A stretch of 64,000 bases of DNA from Gammaproteobacteria bacterium. GTDB taxonomy: Bacteria; Pseudomonadota; Gammaproteobacteria; Thiohalobacterales; Thiohalobacteraceae. A program made the position numbers and the translations under genes. The notes below the pieces were generated by a model that saw nothing but the letters and a program-made list of their open reading frames with translations, was not told the origin of the DNA and ran no database searches. Shown piece by piece: positions 17,001 through 24,807 of the stretch; position 1 is the first letter of the stretch; each line of letters opens with the position of its first letter. The stretch covers positions 45,413-109,412 of the forward strand of contig JAIOJV010000052.1 in the NCBI GenBank assembly GCA_019911805.1, written 5' to 3'.

Positions 17001-18614
17001 GAACGCCATCAGGTTCCACGAATTCTCCACCGCCCGGATGGCCGCCGGCACGTTGCTCGTACCGACCACCTGCCGCACCTGACCGGTGCGGTGCCCCACG
17101 AAGAGCGGCCCCACGTCCACCACTTCGATGCGACAGCGGCGCACCTTCTCCTGCCGGTCGGTGAGCGTGACCGTGTGCGTCCCCTGCGCCCAGCCAGTGT
17201 CGAGGTCGAACGTCATCCCCGTACCGCTGCGCGTACTGCCGTCGCTCTCCCACCTCCAGCGCAGGCCGTCGCGATCCTCATCGGTCCACGCGTGTCCCGG
17301 CTCGGCAGGCGGCTGGATGGCCGAGAATTGCACGAAGTCGAGCGCTATGCCTGGCCCGCGCAGGAACACGACCTCATCGAACTCGTGCGAGAAGCCGGTG
17401 TTCGCGTAGCGCACGCGGATATGCGGCAGTAATGCGGTGGTGTCGGTGGAGCGCACGAAGGCGAAGGTGTGTTCGGTCGACACCATTTTGCCGTCGGCAT
17501 CCGGCTGGCGCTGGAACACCACCAGTGTGGGACCACCGGGCGCCATGGGTACGTCGAACCAGCCGGAGTCCGGGCCGAGCGCGAGCTGATGGTCGGGGCG
17601 AAAGAATGACGCGTCGGTGCTTGGCGTCGGGAAGCGCGCAATGATGCGCGCGGTGGGTCCCGTTTCCGCGTGCACGGTGACTGTGTGCGAGCGGCCGGCC
17701 CCGGAGAGCCCGCCCAGTTCCACGACGCGCCCCTCGATCTCCTGATAGAAGCGCAATGTGAGCGCACCGCTGAGCGGCACACCGAGCTCCAGCTGACCCT
17801 CCCCCTGGAACGATGTGGTCGGCTTCCATCCCACGAGCAGGTCGCGGACACCGAGGTTCACATCGCCGATGAACGGGATGTTGCGCGGCAGGAAGAGCGT
17901 CGCCTGCCGAACGGAGAGCCCCTCGAAGTCGGGCCCGTGCTCACGCGCCGTGATGTCGGTGGGGGTGTAGCTGCTGGTGAGGTCGAGCACCACCCGGTCG
18001 ACCGTGAGCCCGAAACCGCTCTCGTGTAACAGCAGGTGGGGCGGTGAGAAGCCCGTTTCGATCACCGTGCCGCTGGGTGTGGTCGGTACCAGCGGATCGG
18101 GGTCGGCAATGAGTCGCACCGAGGTGCCGGACACACCGCCCTCGATGCGCAGCACGCCGCGCGCATACAGCTTCACTCGACTGCCACCGCTCGGCGCCGG
18201 GCGCATGAAGGCGGGTGACGACGGTGATGCCGGAATGACTTCACCCGGCTTGCCGATCGGGATCACGACGGCAACACGGTCGAGCACCAGGTCGAGCAGC
18301 CAGCCGGTGGGTTCGCCCTCGAGGTCGGTGTCCGCGCCACCCGTCACTGCACGCACCCAACCCAGTTGGAACGGCACGCCCACGGTCAGCCCCGGGATCT
18401 CGATCGGGAAGCCGGGCCCGAGGACGAGCCCGATATCGGTGGCGGAACTCACCCGCCCTTCGTGTACGAAGAACGCACCTGATGTGCGCGTCGTCAGGTC
18501 GGCGATGTTGAGCAGTTCTATGAAGCGCTGGACCTCATCGGGTATGAAACCCTGTGCCCCGGGGGGTACCTCGGCAAGGAGATCGAGGAGGGTGGCACCA
18601 CGCACGAAGGCCAT
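11094..18614 (-). CDS. hypothetical giant protein (2506 aa from ATG 18614), gene 2 of giant operon; internal OmpA-like motif
   Basis: 7.5-kb uninterrupted ORF (track 11094..18671). The preferred start ATG 18614 (MAFVRGATLLDLL) is preceded by GGAGGA and lies 1 nt after the upstream stop (TGA-C-ATG). Third-position G/C bias is very strong. Confidence 0.8.
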   Translation of the reverse strand: MAFVRGATLLDLLAEVPPGAQGFIPDEVQRFIELLNIADLTTRTSGAFFVHEGRVSSATDIGLVLGPGFPIEIPGLTVGVPFQLGWVRAVTGGADTDLEGEPTGWLLDLVLDRVAVVIPIGKPGEVIPASPSSPAFMRPAPSGGSRVKLYARGVLRIEGGVSGTSVRLIADPDPLVPTTPSGTVIETGFSPPHLLLHESGFGLTVDRVVLDLTSSYTPTDITAREHGPDFEGLSVRQATLFLPRNIPFIGDVNLGVRDLLVGWKPTTSFQGEGQLELGVPLSGALTLRFYQEIEGRVVELGGLSGAGRSHTVTVHAETGPTARIIARFPTPSTDASFFRPDHQLALGPDSGWFDVPMAPGGPTLVVFQRQPDADGKMVSTEHTFAFVRSTDTTALLPHIRVRYANTGFSHEFDEVVFLRGPGIALDFVQFSAIQPPAEPGHAWTDEDRDGLRWRWESDGSTRSGTGMTFDLDTGWAQGTHTVTLTDRQEKVRRCRIEVVDVGPLFVGHRTGQVRQVVGTSNVPAAIRAVENSWNLMAFHATDARIAASSPATLSGGVLSVPQGTLAEVTIGENTDPTDPATPPPPTMSPLRHLFIRMNFNDNTPTSWRRIHASEALPFGPPRPYPRYLGTSEQLDSPDDALIGAPPGTGDISAWVASLPGDTRFIVIGRCCDIRISTETRNRDLANERFAKGRDMLIAAGVDAARIQGIGEQGMVPGPDGAAYANATNFAPTGPIRDEIDEAWRILVDYDDATRASWGDTQSRPERIAARGVDIYAILSDPATTPPVPDSGESATRGADLMRALVPGEDPETTAPHDPSMPQPAYRLAVKAAWDSPSIVNDVDWIPTLAQITLEWASTDVQVPGLSGGSTVAPVNPNPGTGPDLWRIIARFTTDQRSGQTSFLLSLDSMGDADGLFAIVKPDAASRVDETVAVTLALAPALLGSITTDDPAGAGVRIAALTAAAAAAAALEIDGEHVIKDGKVIVEKLEGEARLRAIDASDGMKVRLGVDYTASFGVSANLGGAVGVSTSEPIKVRYKNVGLEYEHDTTKPLLERVRFVFEDAQFEVADPGRWSITGALGRLLGITAIRVGAGSIWVEVDIEFALDLGVVKISRTTIRLEIDTDVEPPSISVGIRGIKASIDVPAAVKGGGELMILPDGFGASLELDIIPAKLKAWGSFAYRDPSMVHIEGGVQFATGIPLGNTGLGLFGFAGRFVANGARNLDGLDPVDVYAREVGWHRRSSLTKYKPQSSQFAVGFGAMVGTLPDAAFTFNAKGMLTIGFPDISVVFSIEAVLVKPPVGAAEEDRSSTPAGGGLQLLGIVSIDPTAIGVAISADYEIPRVLKLQVPVGAYFPLQTSTQGGYVRVGSDGGDDRPDRPVTVQLLPDILDLRATAFFMVEERHLRKLGKRDTLNFEGFSIGMGAGLSVKWGGSSIYLKASISVLVGMGTRPFVLAGGLYVSGELRLVIVSLSASGELEALITETGSQLVGKFCGKVDFFFFSIKGCVDFTVGSTPALAPPPADPLVTSLVLADKFTRVVGAGQEALVGLGSAQTAWPDTVPVLRFAHRVRSSIPTTPTGFAPSPTQGWGGVEWSGTNRVRYLYELQAVELVRIEADGSESTLDTHTWPAVWWMPSFRPAVPADGSTPASTHEGWDLALLRWDPAPWSRAHTEGGEGLSSDPADNLGRVCDPAPRPTHYCVLGGTGKRIAPGRVQFTAPPSGHTPYPPDFFVAGMEGVPPSFPVTTLSALAAIFGFGFEPGVSGALPIPFTPAGESVALTHAWRLPRYTRASVTAMSLGIQGTFVPEVSEPELLLAVCLTVPDIGGRETSCLDMAQLKRYERFRGSEIRIGNVRFSAGRGLLGAADKFPVNAPDGNHELTFSDGALQAALPTETDRVSLQLGATEAATIAAYGLDGDGRVVAQETSRGPAGMVHAITLRGAGILSVRIKMNRGVGHLISFCHDIDTFVGEEKIVAQIMSLFQPASLSATVNRKAPPRLPLPIVFGTSQGKPQAWPGEILSVSVKGRHGCAYVRYRPRIAGPWTAFQVMPYPYFHIGVVRICGIRHDAIVAADNDDAARDELRDAWNNATETENPIERYRLLDPGMRYAVQIRYRAAVWVGEESTQTPPSASTLDFDAPPSGVTITDHAPRFHFRTADVGTLPDAELRDFAKQQRFDPRALARYLRGFDPVAEVPSHLRGDPLLVWFEVEWIEDLLDRYGYALQVIVRRTDPPPTPPSGIPVVILPLLEPFVWGGLPFELRNLADQRLISAAVAAPCLEDAPVDGATLQVTAELAPRARYDLVVQAVPSAGGAAIDIGLSHFRASRYTDVTELIEATGFGFTTPNPFYPLDVLVTGAPPSDEQLADDELLDAALTAIGLDPFAPASGPRSVALWLKVDTEVDTQWRLVGLLLDSDEALLRAPRLIDPVSNPPRLDILDASIPGIASPAPSTLVPVRSNESATRVLLACSPGIAVPEQASLQLRITEPAGTRIASRSINSIPLVVLQERT

Positions 18615-18615
18615 G

Positions 18616-19479
18616 TCATTCCTCCCGACGCAGACGACCGCTGAGCGTGAGGGAGGTGCGTAACGTATCACGCAGCGCGGTACGGGTCGGGAGGGAGCGA
18701 CGGATGTCGGTCATCCTCAACCTGGCGACGTTGGTGGACGGCCAGAACTGTATGAGAGATGCAGCGACGGTTCCCTCGCCCAGGGTGGAGCGAGGCAGGT
18801 TGGGTCGAATACGTTCCGGAAATGTCACCAGGCCCGGTATCACCCGCCGCACGGGCGCGCTCGGAGCGACCGGGCTGATGATCGGAGCATCGATCGGCAC
18901 GTCCACCGGGGAGGGCGTCACCTCCTTGCGCTGCACGGAACTACCGGGTGCGAGAGGTGCCAGCATCCTTGCCACATACGCGAATGCAGTGGCCGCATCG
19001 TCGTCCGGTGCGTCGTGGTCTGTTCCCGGTGAGACCAGAATGTCGTGCTCGATACCTTTGGTAAGCGCATCGATGTTCGGCGTCTGCCCGCGCCCTGCAT
19101 TCCGGAAGGCGAGTAACGGCGCCAGTCCAGCAGCCTCGGCCGCCGCGTCAAGGGCGATCTGGCGCACGCGTTCGGAGAATGCTTCGTACTGGGCGCGTGC
19201 CGTGGTACTGGATTTCCCGCCCTCGGTATAGAGGAGTGCCAGTCCTACGCCGGAGGCGGATTCAGGAATACCGGATGGTACGAGGGTGCGATTCCATTCG
19301 AGCGCCGCAGTGCCGGCCTGTGGTCCCGGGGCATGGATCCATGATGATGCGGTGACATCCCCGAGCAGCGCACGCATCGCATCGCCATCGACGGCAAACC
19401 ATACCGGCCAGACGAGTGGCTCACGCAGTGCGATCGCGCCTCGCACCTGAACTCCGTTGAACTCCAGCGCCACTCGCAT
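18616..19479 (-). CDS. hypothetical 287-aa protein, gene 1 of giant operon
   Basis: ORF 18616..19512. ATG 19479 (MRVALEFNGVQVRG) is preceded by GGAGAG at 6-nt spacing. I recognise no domain. Confidence 0.65.
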   Translation of the reverse strand: MRVALEFNGVQVRGAIALREPLVWPVWFAVDGDAMRALLGDVTASSWIHAPGPQAGTAALEWNRTLVPSGIPESASGVGLALLYTEGGKSSTTARAQYEAFSERVRQIALDAAAEAAGLAPLLAFRNAGRGQTPNIDALTKGIEHDILVSPGTDHDAPDDDAATAFAYVARMLAPLAPGSSVQRKEVTPSPVDVPIDAPIISPVAPSAPVRRVIPGLVTFPERIRPNLPRSTLGEGTVAASLIQFWPSTNVARLRMTDIRRSLPTRTALRDTLRTSLTLSGRLRREE

Positions 19480-19568
19480 GGGCGACTCTCCATCCATTGG
19501 TGAATGCCACACTGTTCTGACAGTGCACTGCCGACATTTGAGTCCACTCCGTCGAGGCAGCGGTCAGC

Positions 19569-19597
19569 AGAGTACGTCGCTGCAACGCACTTTGCAA
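19569..19597 (-). promoter_or_regulatory. candidate sigma70-type promoter for the giant operon (TTGCAA-N17-TACTCT)
   Basis: Minus-strand TTGCAA (19597-19592), a 17-nt spacer and TACTCT (19574-19569), about 90 nt upstream of ATG 19479. This is a sequence match only. Confidence 0.25.
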
Positions 19598-19747
19598 TAG
19601 CGCGCCCACAGGATCGTGACGATACACACACACCGATTTCTGCGGCGCGAGAATCTGATGCACAGATCGATGGTGTACGGTCTGTTGAGCGCCGTGGCGC
19701 ATCGTGCTACAGCGCGAAACGATCGCACGGGGTAGATGTTCGCCACG

Positions 19748-20533
19748 TCAGAAGATCGCGCCGAGCAACTGCCAGCCACCCCAAGTCACGAGGCTCAGAC
19801 CCGCAACGCGTGCAACCGGCCATCCTTGCGGGGCGATCTTCTCGATCAGTACGAACGCCGCGATGGCGGCGACCCACAGCAGGTTCATCACGCCACCCAC
19901 AAACAACAGCGCCATCAATGCCCAGCAGCACCCCGTGCAAAAGGCGCCGTGGCGCAAGCCCATCAGCAGTGCGCCACGGTGACCGTCACGCCATTCGGTG
20001 AGCAGAAAGCCCAGCGGCGTGCGGCACTTGGACAGGCAGACGTTCTTGAGCCGGCTCCCTTGATAGGCTCCGGCCGTGATCAACAGCAACCCACCGGATA
20101 CCGGACTGGTAGCGACCATCATCGGCGAGAGCAAGGCGGCTTGGTGCAGACCCCACTGGGCCAGGGTCGCGATCAGGCTGAAGGCGCTCCACGCGAGCAC
20201 GTAACCGGCCAGAAAGATCGAGGTGGGCACAACGGCATTTCCCTGTGCCAAACGATCGCGTTGAACGGTCGTGAACGTGAGAATCATCGGCGAGGCGGAG
20301 GGCACCATCATGGCCACCATCATCACTGCCCACATCAGCGCCATCAGTGCGAACTCGACCGCCCCCCAAGGTTGCCAACGGGGCATGGCCATCGCCGATG
20401 TCGGCAGGGTGGACGACATGTGCAACGCCAGATATACGACGTATACCCAGGACAGCGCGGTGATGCCGACGAGTCCGGCCGCCACGACACGCCGGTCGCG
20501 TCGGTGGATCGCACCCAGGTCGACCGCCGGCAT
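19748..20533 (-). CDS. DUF2182 family predicted metal-binding integral membrane protein
   Basis: 261-aa multi-helix membrane ORF immediately downstream of a DUF1326 gene, which is the usual pairing. Assignment is from memory of the family. Confidence 0.6.
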   Translation of the reverse strand: MPAVDLGAIHRRDRRVVAAGLVGITALSWVYVVYLALHMSSTLPTSAMAMPRWQPWGAVEFALMALMWAVMMVAMMVPSASPMILTFTTVQRDRLAQGNAVVPTSIFLAGYVLAWSAFSLIATLAQWGLHQAALLSPMMVATSPVSGGLLLITAGAYQGSRLKNVCLSKCRTPLGFLLTEWRDGHRGALLMGLRHGAFCTGCCWALMALLFVGGVMNLLWVAAIAAFVLIEKIAPQGWPVARVAGLSLVTWGGWQLLGAIF

Positions 20534-20545
20534 GGACGAATGCGT

Positions 20546-21163
20546 CTAGGCGCTCTGATAAGTGAACGGAGAATGGAAGCCATTCCGGTTGCTGAACTTC
20601 CAGTCGAGGCCGTGATCCTGGTAACGTGCCTCCTTCGATCGTGACACAGCGATGGCGTAGCCGGGCGCGATACACAGCGGGTGATTGTCGATGGTCACCT
20701 CCGCCCCGCCCTGGCCTTCGATGCTCTCGATCGTGACTTCACCGATCTTCTCCATCCGCAAGCTGCGTTGTTTGCCTTTGGCCTCAAAGCTCATCTTGGC
20801 CGTCTTCACACCGATTACTTCCCCGATATGTGCGGCCAGCATGGCGGGGTGTCCCCCAGCCTGGCCGGCGAAGATGGTCGTCAAGGCGCTGCGCTGGGCT
20901 TCGCTGGCCTTCTCGTCCAGGTAGAGTGCGACGTTCCACTTCACCTCGGCCATGTGCCCGGGTGAGTGCACCGCAAGCGCGACGTTCAGCCCGTCGACCT
21001 TCACGGCGCCGAAGTTTCCCTGGTCGATGTGCCAGGCGACGAGTGCGGTGCATTCCCCCTCGCTGGGTGCACTGAGGAACACGCACGGACAGCCCACCTC
21101 ACAGTTGCAGGCTTCGAAGTAGTTGCCTTTCAGGCTCCAGTTAGTGGTGTCAGTCATGATCAA
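20546..21163 (-). CDS. DUF1326 domain protein
   Basis: The N-terminus NWSLKGNYFEACNCEVGCPCVFLSAP is the Cys-rich signature I associate with DUF1326. Confidence 0.65.
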   Translation of the reverse strand: MIMTDTTNWSLKGNYFEACNCEVGCPCVFLSAPSEGECTALVAWHIDQGNFGAVKVDGLNVALAVHSPGHMAEVKWNVALYLDEKASEAQRSALTTIFAGQAGGHPAMLAAHIGEVIGVKTAKMSFEAKGKQRSLRMEKIGEVTIESIEGQGGAEVTIDNHPLCIAPGYAIAVSRSKEARYQDHGLDWKFSNRNGFHSPFTYQSA

Positions 21164-21542
21164 CCTCCTGTATGGCGGGTCGAAGTGCCAGACTGCCGTC
21201 TGTGTCGCCCGACATCTGAGATTTTAGCAGACCGATGCGATTCGGTGGATCCGGCCCGCTGCAAGCGGGGTGCACAGGTGCTTCAATCAGTGTCGACAAT
21301 CAGTCTTTTCCAATCACGACTGTCCGGTTAAATGACTCGGCCCGAATCCAGAATCAAGCATTGGCGCGGGCTGTAAGCCGATTTTGTTTAGGTGCCGATG
21401 TGCACTGCGCCGGCGTGTGCTGCGGCCGGGGGGGGGTGTATTGTGCTGGCGACCGGCGCCCTCACGAGACATACCAGGGGGACGCTCCCGTAGAAGGACA
21501 GGCGCGCAGCGGCGCACCGGCGGCCACCCCTGACCGGCCAGA

Positions 21543-24500
21543 TCAAATCATCCTGCGATCCCGAAGCGTCTGCACCCACTTGTAGAAGATGGGGACCAGA
21601 AGCGTTCCGAGGAGGGTGGCCGCAACCATGCCGCTCAGCACCGGGACACCCAGGCTGACGCGGCTGCCGGCGCCCGCACCGGTGGCAAAGACCAGTGGCA
21701 GCACGCCAAGCACAAACGATAAGGCCGTCATCAGTACCGCCCTGAAACGCAGCACCGCCGCCTTGGTTGCGGCCTCTTCGGTACTCAGCCCGGATTTGCG
21801 CAGCTGCATGGCAAACTCGACAATCAGGATGGCCGTCTTGGTGGACAGTCCAATCAACAGGACCAGCCCGACCTGGGCGTATATGTTGTTCGCAAGGCCC
21901 GTCAGCCACAGTCCGGCCAGGGCGCCGAAAATGGCGATGGGGACGGCACCGATGACGGCAAAGGGCAGGGCCCAGCTCTCGTATTGTGCGACCAGAAACA
22001 GGTATACAAAAACAATTGCCAGCAGGAAGATCACCATCGCCAGATTGCCGGCCTGTATCTCCTGCAGGCTCTGCCCGGCCCAACTGTATTCGTAACCCTG
22101 CGGCAGATTCTCAGAAAGCGCTTCCATCGCCCTGATGGCATCACCACTGGCAAACCCCGCTGCCGGTTCTCCAGACACCGTCACGGAACGCTTGAGGTTG
22201 AAATGCGCGATATTGGCAGGCCCGAGCACGGGTTTCAGTGTGGCCAGTGTGGATAGCGGCACCATGTCGCCATCACGGTTGCGGACCGAGTAATATGCCA
22301 GATCCTCCGGCCCTTTCCGGAACTCTCCCTCGGCCTGCAGCTGCACCCGGTAGTTCCTGCCAAAATACGTAAAGTCATTCACATACAGCGAACCAAACTG
22401 GGTCTGCAGTGTGGAGAAGATATCGGATAGCTGAATACCCAGGGCCTTGGCCTTGTTCCGGTCTACTTCGAGCAGGTACTGGGGGATATTGGCACGGTAG
22501 GTACTGTAAACCCGGGACAACTCCTGCTGCTGATTGGCCTCGAAGATCAGCCCGTTCATTACCTGAACCAGCTCCGAAATGTCGCGCCCAAGATTGTCCT
22601 GCAAACGATAATCGAACCCTGCGGAGACACCCAGCCCGGGAATGGGTGGCGCATTGAACACCATGACCTGGGCCTCCGGAATCGTCCATAACCTTGAGTA
22701 CAATCGAGGCACAATTTCATCCAGGCCGAGGCCAGGCACTTCTCGTTCTGACCAGTCGCTGAGTACGATAATACCGAGACCGTTATTGGATCCGGCACCA
22801 TCCAGCAGAGAAAAACCGGAAACGGAAATAACGTCGGTGACGGCGGGGTCTTCCAGCACCATATCCGTCACTTTCTGGAGCACCACATCGGTTCGTTCCT
22901 GGGAAGCGGCAACCGGTAATTGCACATTCACGAACAGGAAGCCCTGATCCTCTGGGGGTACGAACGCCAGCGGCACAGCGTTGAACAGACCCGTGCTGAC
23001 TGCGAGCATGATCACCAGGGCTATCCCGACCAAGGCGCTCTTGCGAAGCAATCTTGTGAGGAGCCCGGAATAGCCTTTCGTGCCGACGGTTATCAACCGC
23101 TCGAGCGGTCGCAGCCAGCTGATCGATTGGCTGGCCCCACGGCCGAGCAACGACACACAGAGCGCCGGGCTGAGGGTGAGTGCATTGATGGACGAGATGA
23201 TGACCGCCACTGAAATCGTGACTGAGAACTGCTGATAGAGCTTCCCGGTGATCCCAGGCATGAATGCCACCGGTACGAACACCGCCAACAGCACCAGAGT
23301 GGTCGCGATGACGGGTCCGGTTACCTGCTCCATGGCCTTGGTGACGGCCTCCTGGATAGGCAGCTTCTCTTCTTGCGTTATCCGCTGCACGTTCTCGACA
23401 ACCACAATGGCATCATCGACAACGATTCCGATCGCGAGTACCAGGCCAAACAGTGTAATGATATTGATCGAATAACCCAGTGCCGCCATGACTGCGAAAG
23501 TACCAATCAGGGAAACCGGTATGGCAATGGCGGGAATGAGTGTTGCCCGTCCGCGTTGCAGAAACAGAAACACGACCAGGATGACCAGTGCGACGGCCTG
23601 GACAAGCGTAATGACTACTTCTCGGATTGACCGGCTGATGAACTCAGTAGAGTCAAAAAGTATGCTGTGCGTGACCCCGTCGGGAAAGCTCCGAGCGAAC
23701 TCTTCGACAGCCTCTTTTACCTGTCCGGCGACCTCCAGGGCGTTGGCATCGGGTAACTGATAGATGACCAGAAATGCAGTATCCTGATTATTCAGTTTGG
23801 CAGTCGAGGTATAGGATCGTGAGCCCAACTCGATCCGTCCGACGTCACTAAGGCGTAAAAATCCACCGTCCTGGTTTACCCGGATGATCGTCTGGGCGAA
23901 CTCGGCGGAGTCTGACAACTGCTCTTTACTCTGAATGCTGTAGACGAATTGCTGCCCCTCAGGAACGGGCGCCTGTCCCAGTTTGCCGGCCGCGACGATC
24001 TGGTTCTGTTCCCGTAACGCTGCGACCACTTCGGCCACAGTGACCCGCAGAGACGTCATGCGCCGGGGATCAAGCCAGACACGCATACTGTAGTCCTTGG
24101 CACCCATGACCTCGGCGGACGCAACGCCAGGTACCCGCCCCAGGGCTTCAACCAGATGACTGGAGGCATAATTACTCAGAAAGACAGCATCCAGGTCGGG
24201 GCGCTGTGATATGAGGTTGATGCCCATCAACATGTTGCCGGTCTGTTTGCTGACGGCAACGCCCTGTCGCCTGACCTCTTCCGGCAGGAAGGGTTCAGCC
24301 AGCGCAACCCGGTTCTGCACGTTGATCTGGGCAATATCGGTATCGGTGCCGCTTTCAAACGACAGCGTGATCATCGCCGAGCCATCATCGGAGGCCGACG
24401 ACTCGATATAAATCATGCCCTCGACACCGTTGAGCTGTTGTTCTATCGGGCGGATGACCGCCTCTTCGACGATCTGGGGACTCCCTCCGGGGAGCACTGC

Positions 24501-24641
24501 CATGACCCGGATCTTGGGCGGCGCCATGTCGGGATACATGTTGACGGGAAGCGTCTGCAATGCCAGCAGGCCGGCGAGGGTTATCACGATCGAAATAACG
24601 AACGCAAACCTGGGGCGCTGGATGAAGACGCGACTGATCAT
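21543..24641 (-). CDS. RND efflux transporter permease (HAE1/AcrB family)
   Basis: ORF 21543..24830. The true start is ATG 24641 (MISRVFIQRPRFAFVISIVITLAGLLAL, a typical AcrB-type N-terminus). The 63 upstream codons are a read-through of repeat R1. About 1032 aa with 12-TM RND architecture. Confidence 0.9.
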   Translation of the reverse strand: MISRVFIQRPRFAFVISIVITLAGLLALQTLPVNMYPDMAPPKIRVMAVLPGGSPQIVEEAVIRPIEQQLNGVEGMIYIESSASDDGSAMITLSFESGTDTDIAQINVQNRVALAEPFLPEEVRRQGVAVSKQTGNMLMGINLISQRPDLDAVFLSNYASSHLVEALGRVPGVASAEVMGAKDYSMRVWLDPRRMTSLRVTVAEVVAALREQNQIVAAGKLGQAPVPEGQQFVYSIQSKEQLSDSAEFAQTIIRVNQDGGFLRLSDVGRIELGSRSYTSTAKLNNQDTAFLVIYQLPDANALEVAGQVKEAVEEFARSFPDGVTHSILFDSTEFISRSIREVVITLVQAVALVILVVFLFLQRGRATLIPAIAIPVSLIGTFAVMAALGYSINIITLFGLVLAIGIVVDDAIVVVENVQRITQEEKLPIQEAVTKAMEQVTGPVIATTLVLLAVFVPVAFMPGITGKLYQQFSVTISVAVIISSINALTLSPALCVSLLGRGASQSISWLRPLERLITVGTKGYSGLLTRLLRKSALVGIALVIMLAVSTGLFNAVPLAFVPPEDQGFLFVNVQLPVAASQERTDVVLQKVTDMVLEDPAVTDVISVSGFSLLDGAGSNNGLGIIVLSDWSEREVPGLGLDEIVPRLYSRLWTIPEAQVMVFNAPPIPGLGVSAGFDYRLQDNLGRDISELVQVMNGLIFEANQQQELSRVYSTYRANIPQYLLEVDRNKAKALGIQLSDIFSTLQTQFGSLYVNDFTYFGRNYRVQLQAEGEFRKGPEDLAYYSVRNRDGDMVPLSTLATLKPVLGPANIAHFNLKRSVTVSGEPAAGFASGDAIRAMEALSENLPQGYEYSWAGQSLQEIQAGNLAMVIFLLAIVFVYLFLVAQYESWALPFAVIGAVPIAIFGALAGLWLTGLANNIYAQVGLVLLIGLSTKTAILIVEFAMQLRKSGLSTEEAATKAAVLRFRAVLMTALSFVLGVLPLVFATGAGAGSRVSLGVPVLSGMVAATLLGTLLVPIFYKWVQTLRDRRMI

Positions 24642-24657
24642 CCCGAAAGCCCTGGTT

Positions 24658-24788
24658 GCCACGGCAACACACGGAAGACGCTGAGATGAAGCAGCGTCGC
24701 AAGGCCCCGACGCAGTGCCTGGTAGGTGGCGAGGGCTGTTGTGTGAAGCATATGAACTTGTCCGTGTATTTCCGTGTGCTTCCGTGGC
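24658..24788. repeat. CACGGAA-heptad inverted-repeat element R1 (REP/MITE-like), between MFP and RND genes
   Basis: Left arm GCCACGGCAACACACGGAAGAC and right arm TCCGTGTATTTCCGTGTGCTTCCGTGGC. The core is shared with R2 and R9. Confidence 0.85.
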
Positions 24789-24807
24789 TGAAGAAAGTTT
24801 TTCAGGA

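Noticed and set aside
4592-18614. Interpreting the three big proteins as a Tc-toxin-like A/B/C set because of the ~2500/~1050/~1100-aa size classes.
   Set aside because: I see no YD/RHS repeat consensus, no SpvB-like or beta-propeller signatures and no hypervariable C-terminal toxin region. Size alone is not evidence. I left it as something a profile search could overturn.
4592-19479. A defence system (DISARM- or Zorya-like), because a PLD-like and an OmpA-like element occur together.
   Set aside because: No helicase, ATPase, methylase or nuclease motifs are visible. The PLD-like lobe lacks His and Lys, and the OmpA-like motif is embedded in a giant protein rather than in a MotB-like partner. 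There is not enough support to claim this.
21428-21436. A G9 homopolymer in the spacer between the RND gene and the DUF1326 gene, as a phase-variation tract.
   Set aside because: It is about 265 nt from the nearest start codon and not within an evident promoter spacer or coding region. There is nothing to tie it to a switch.
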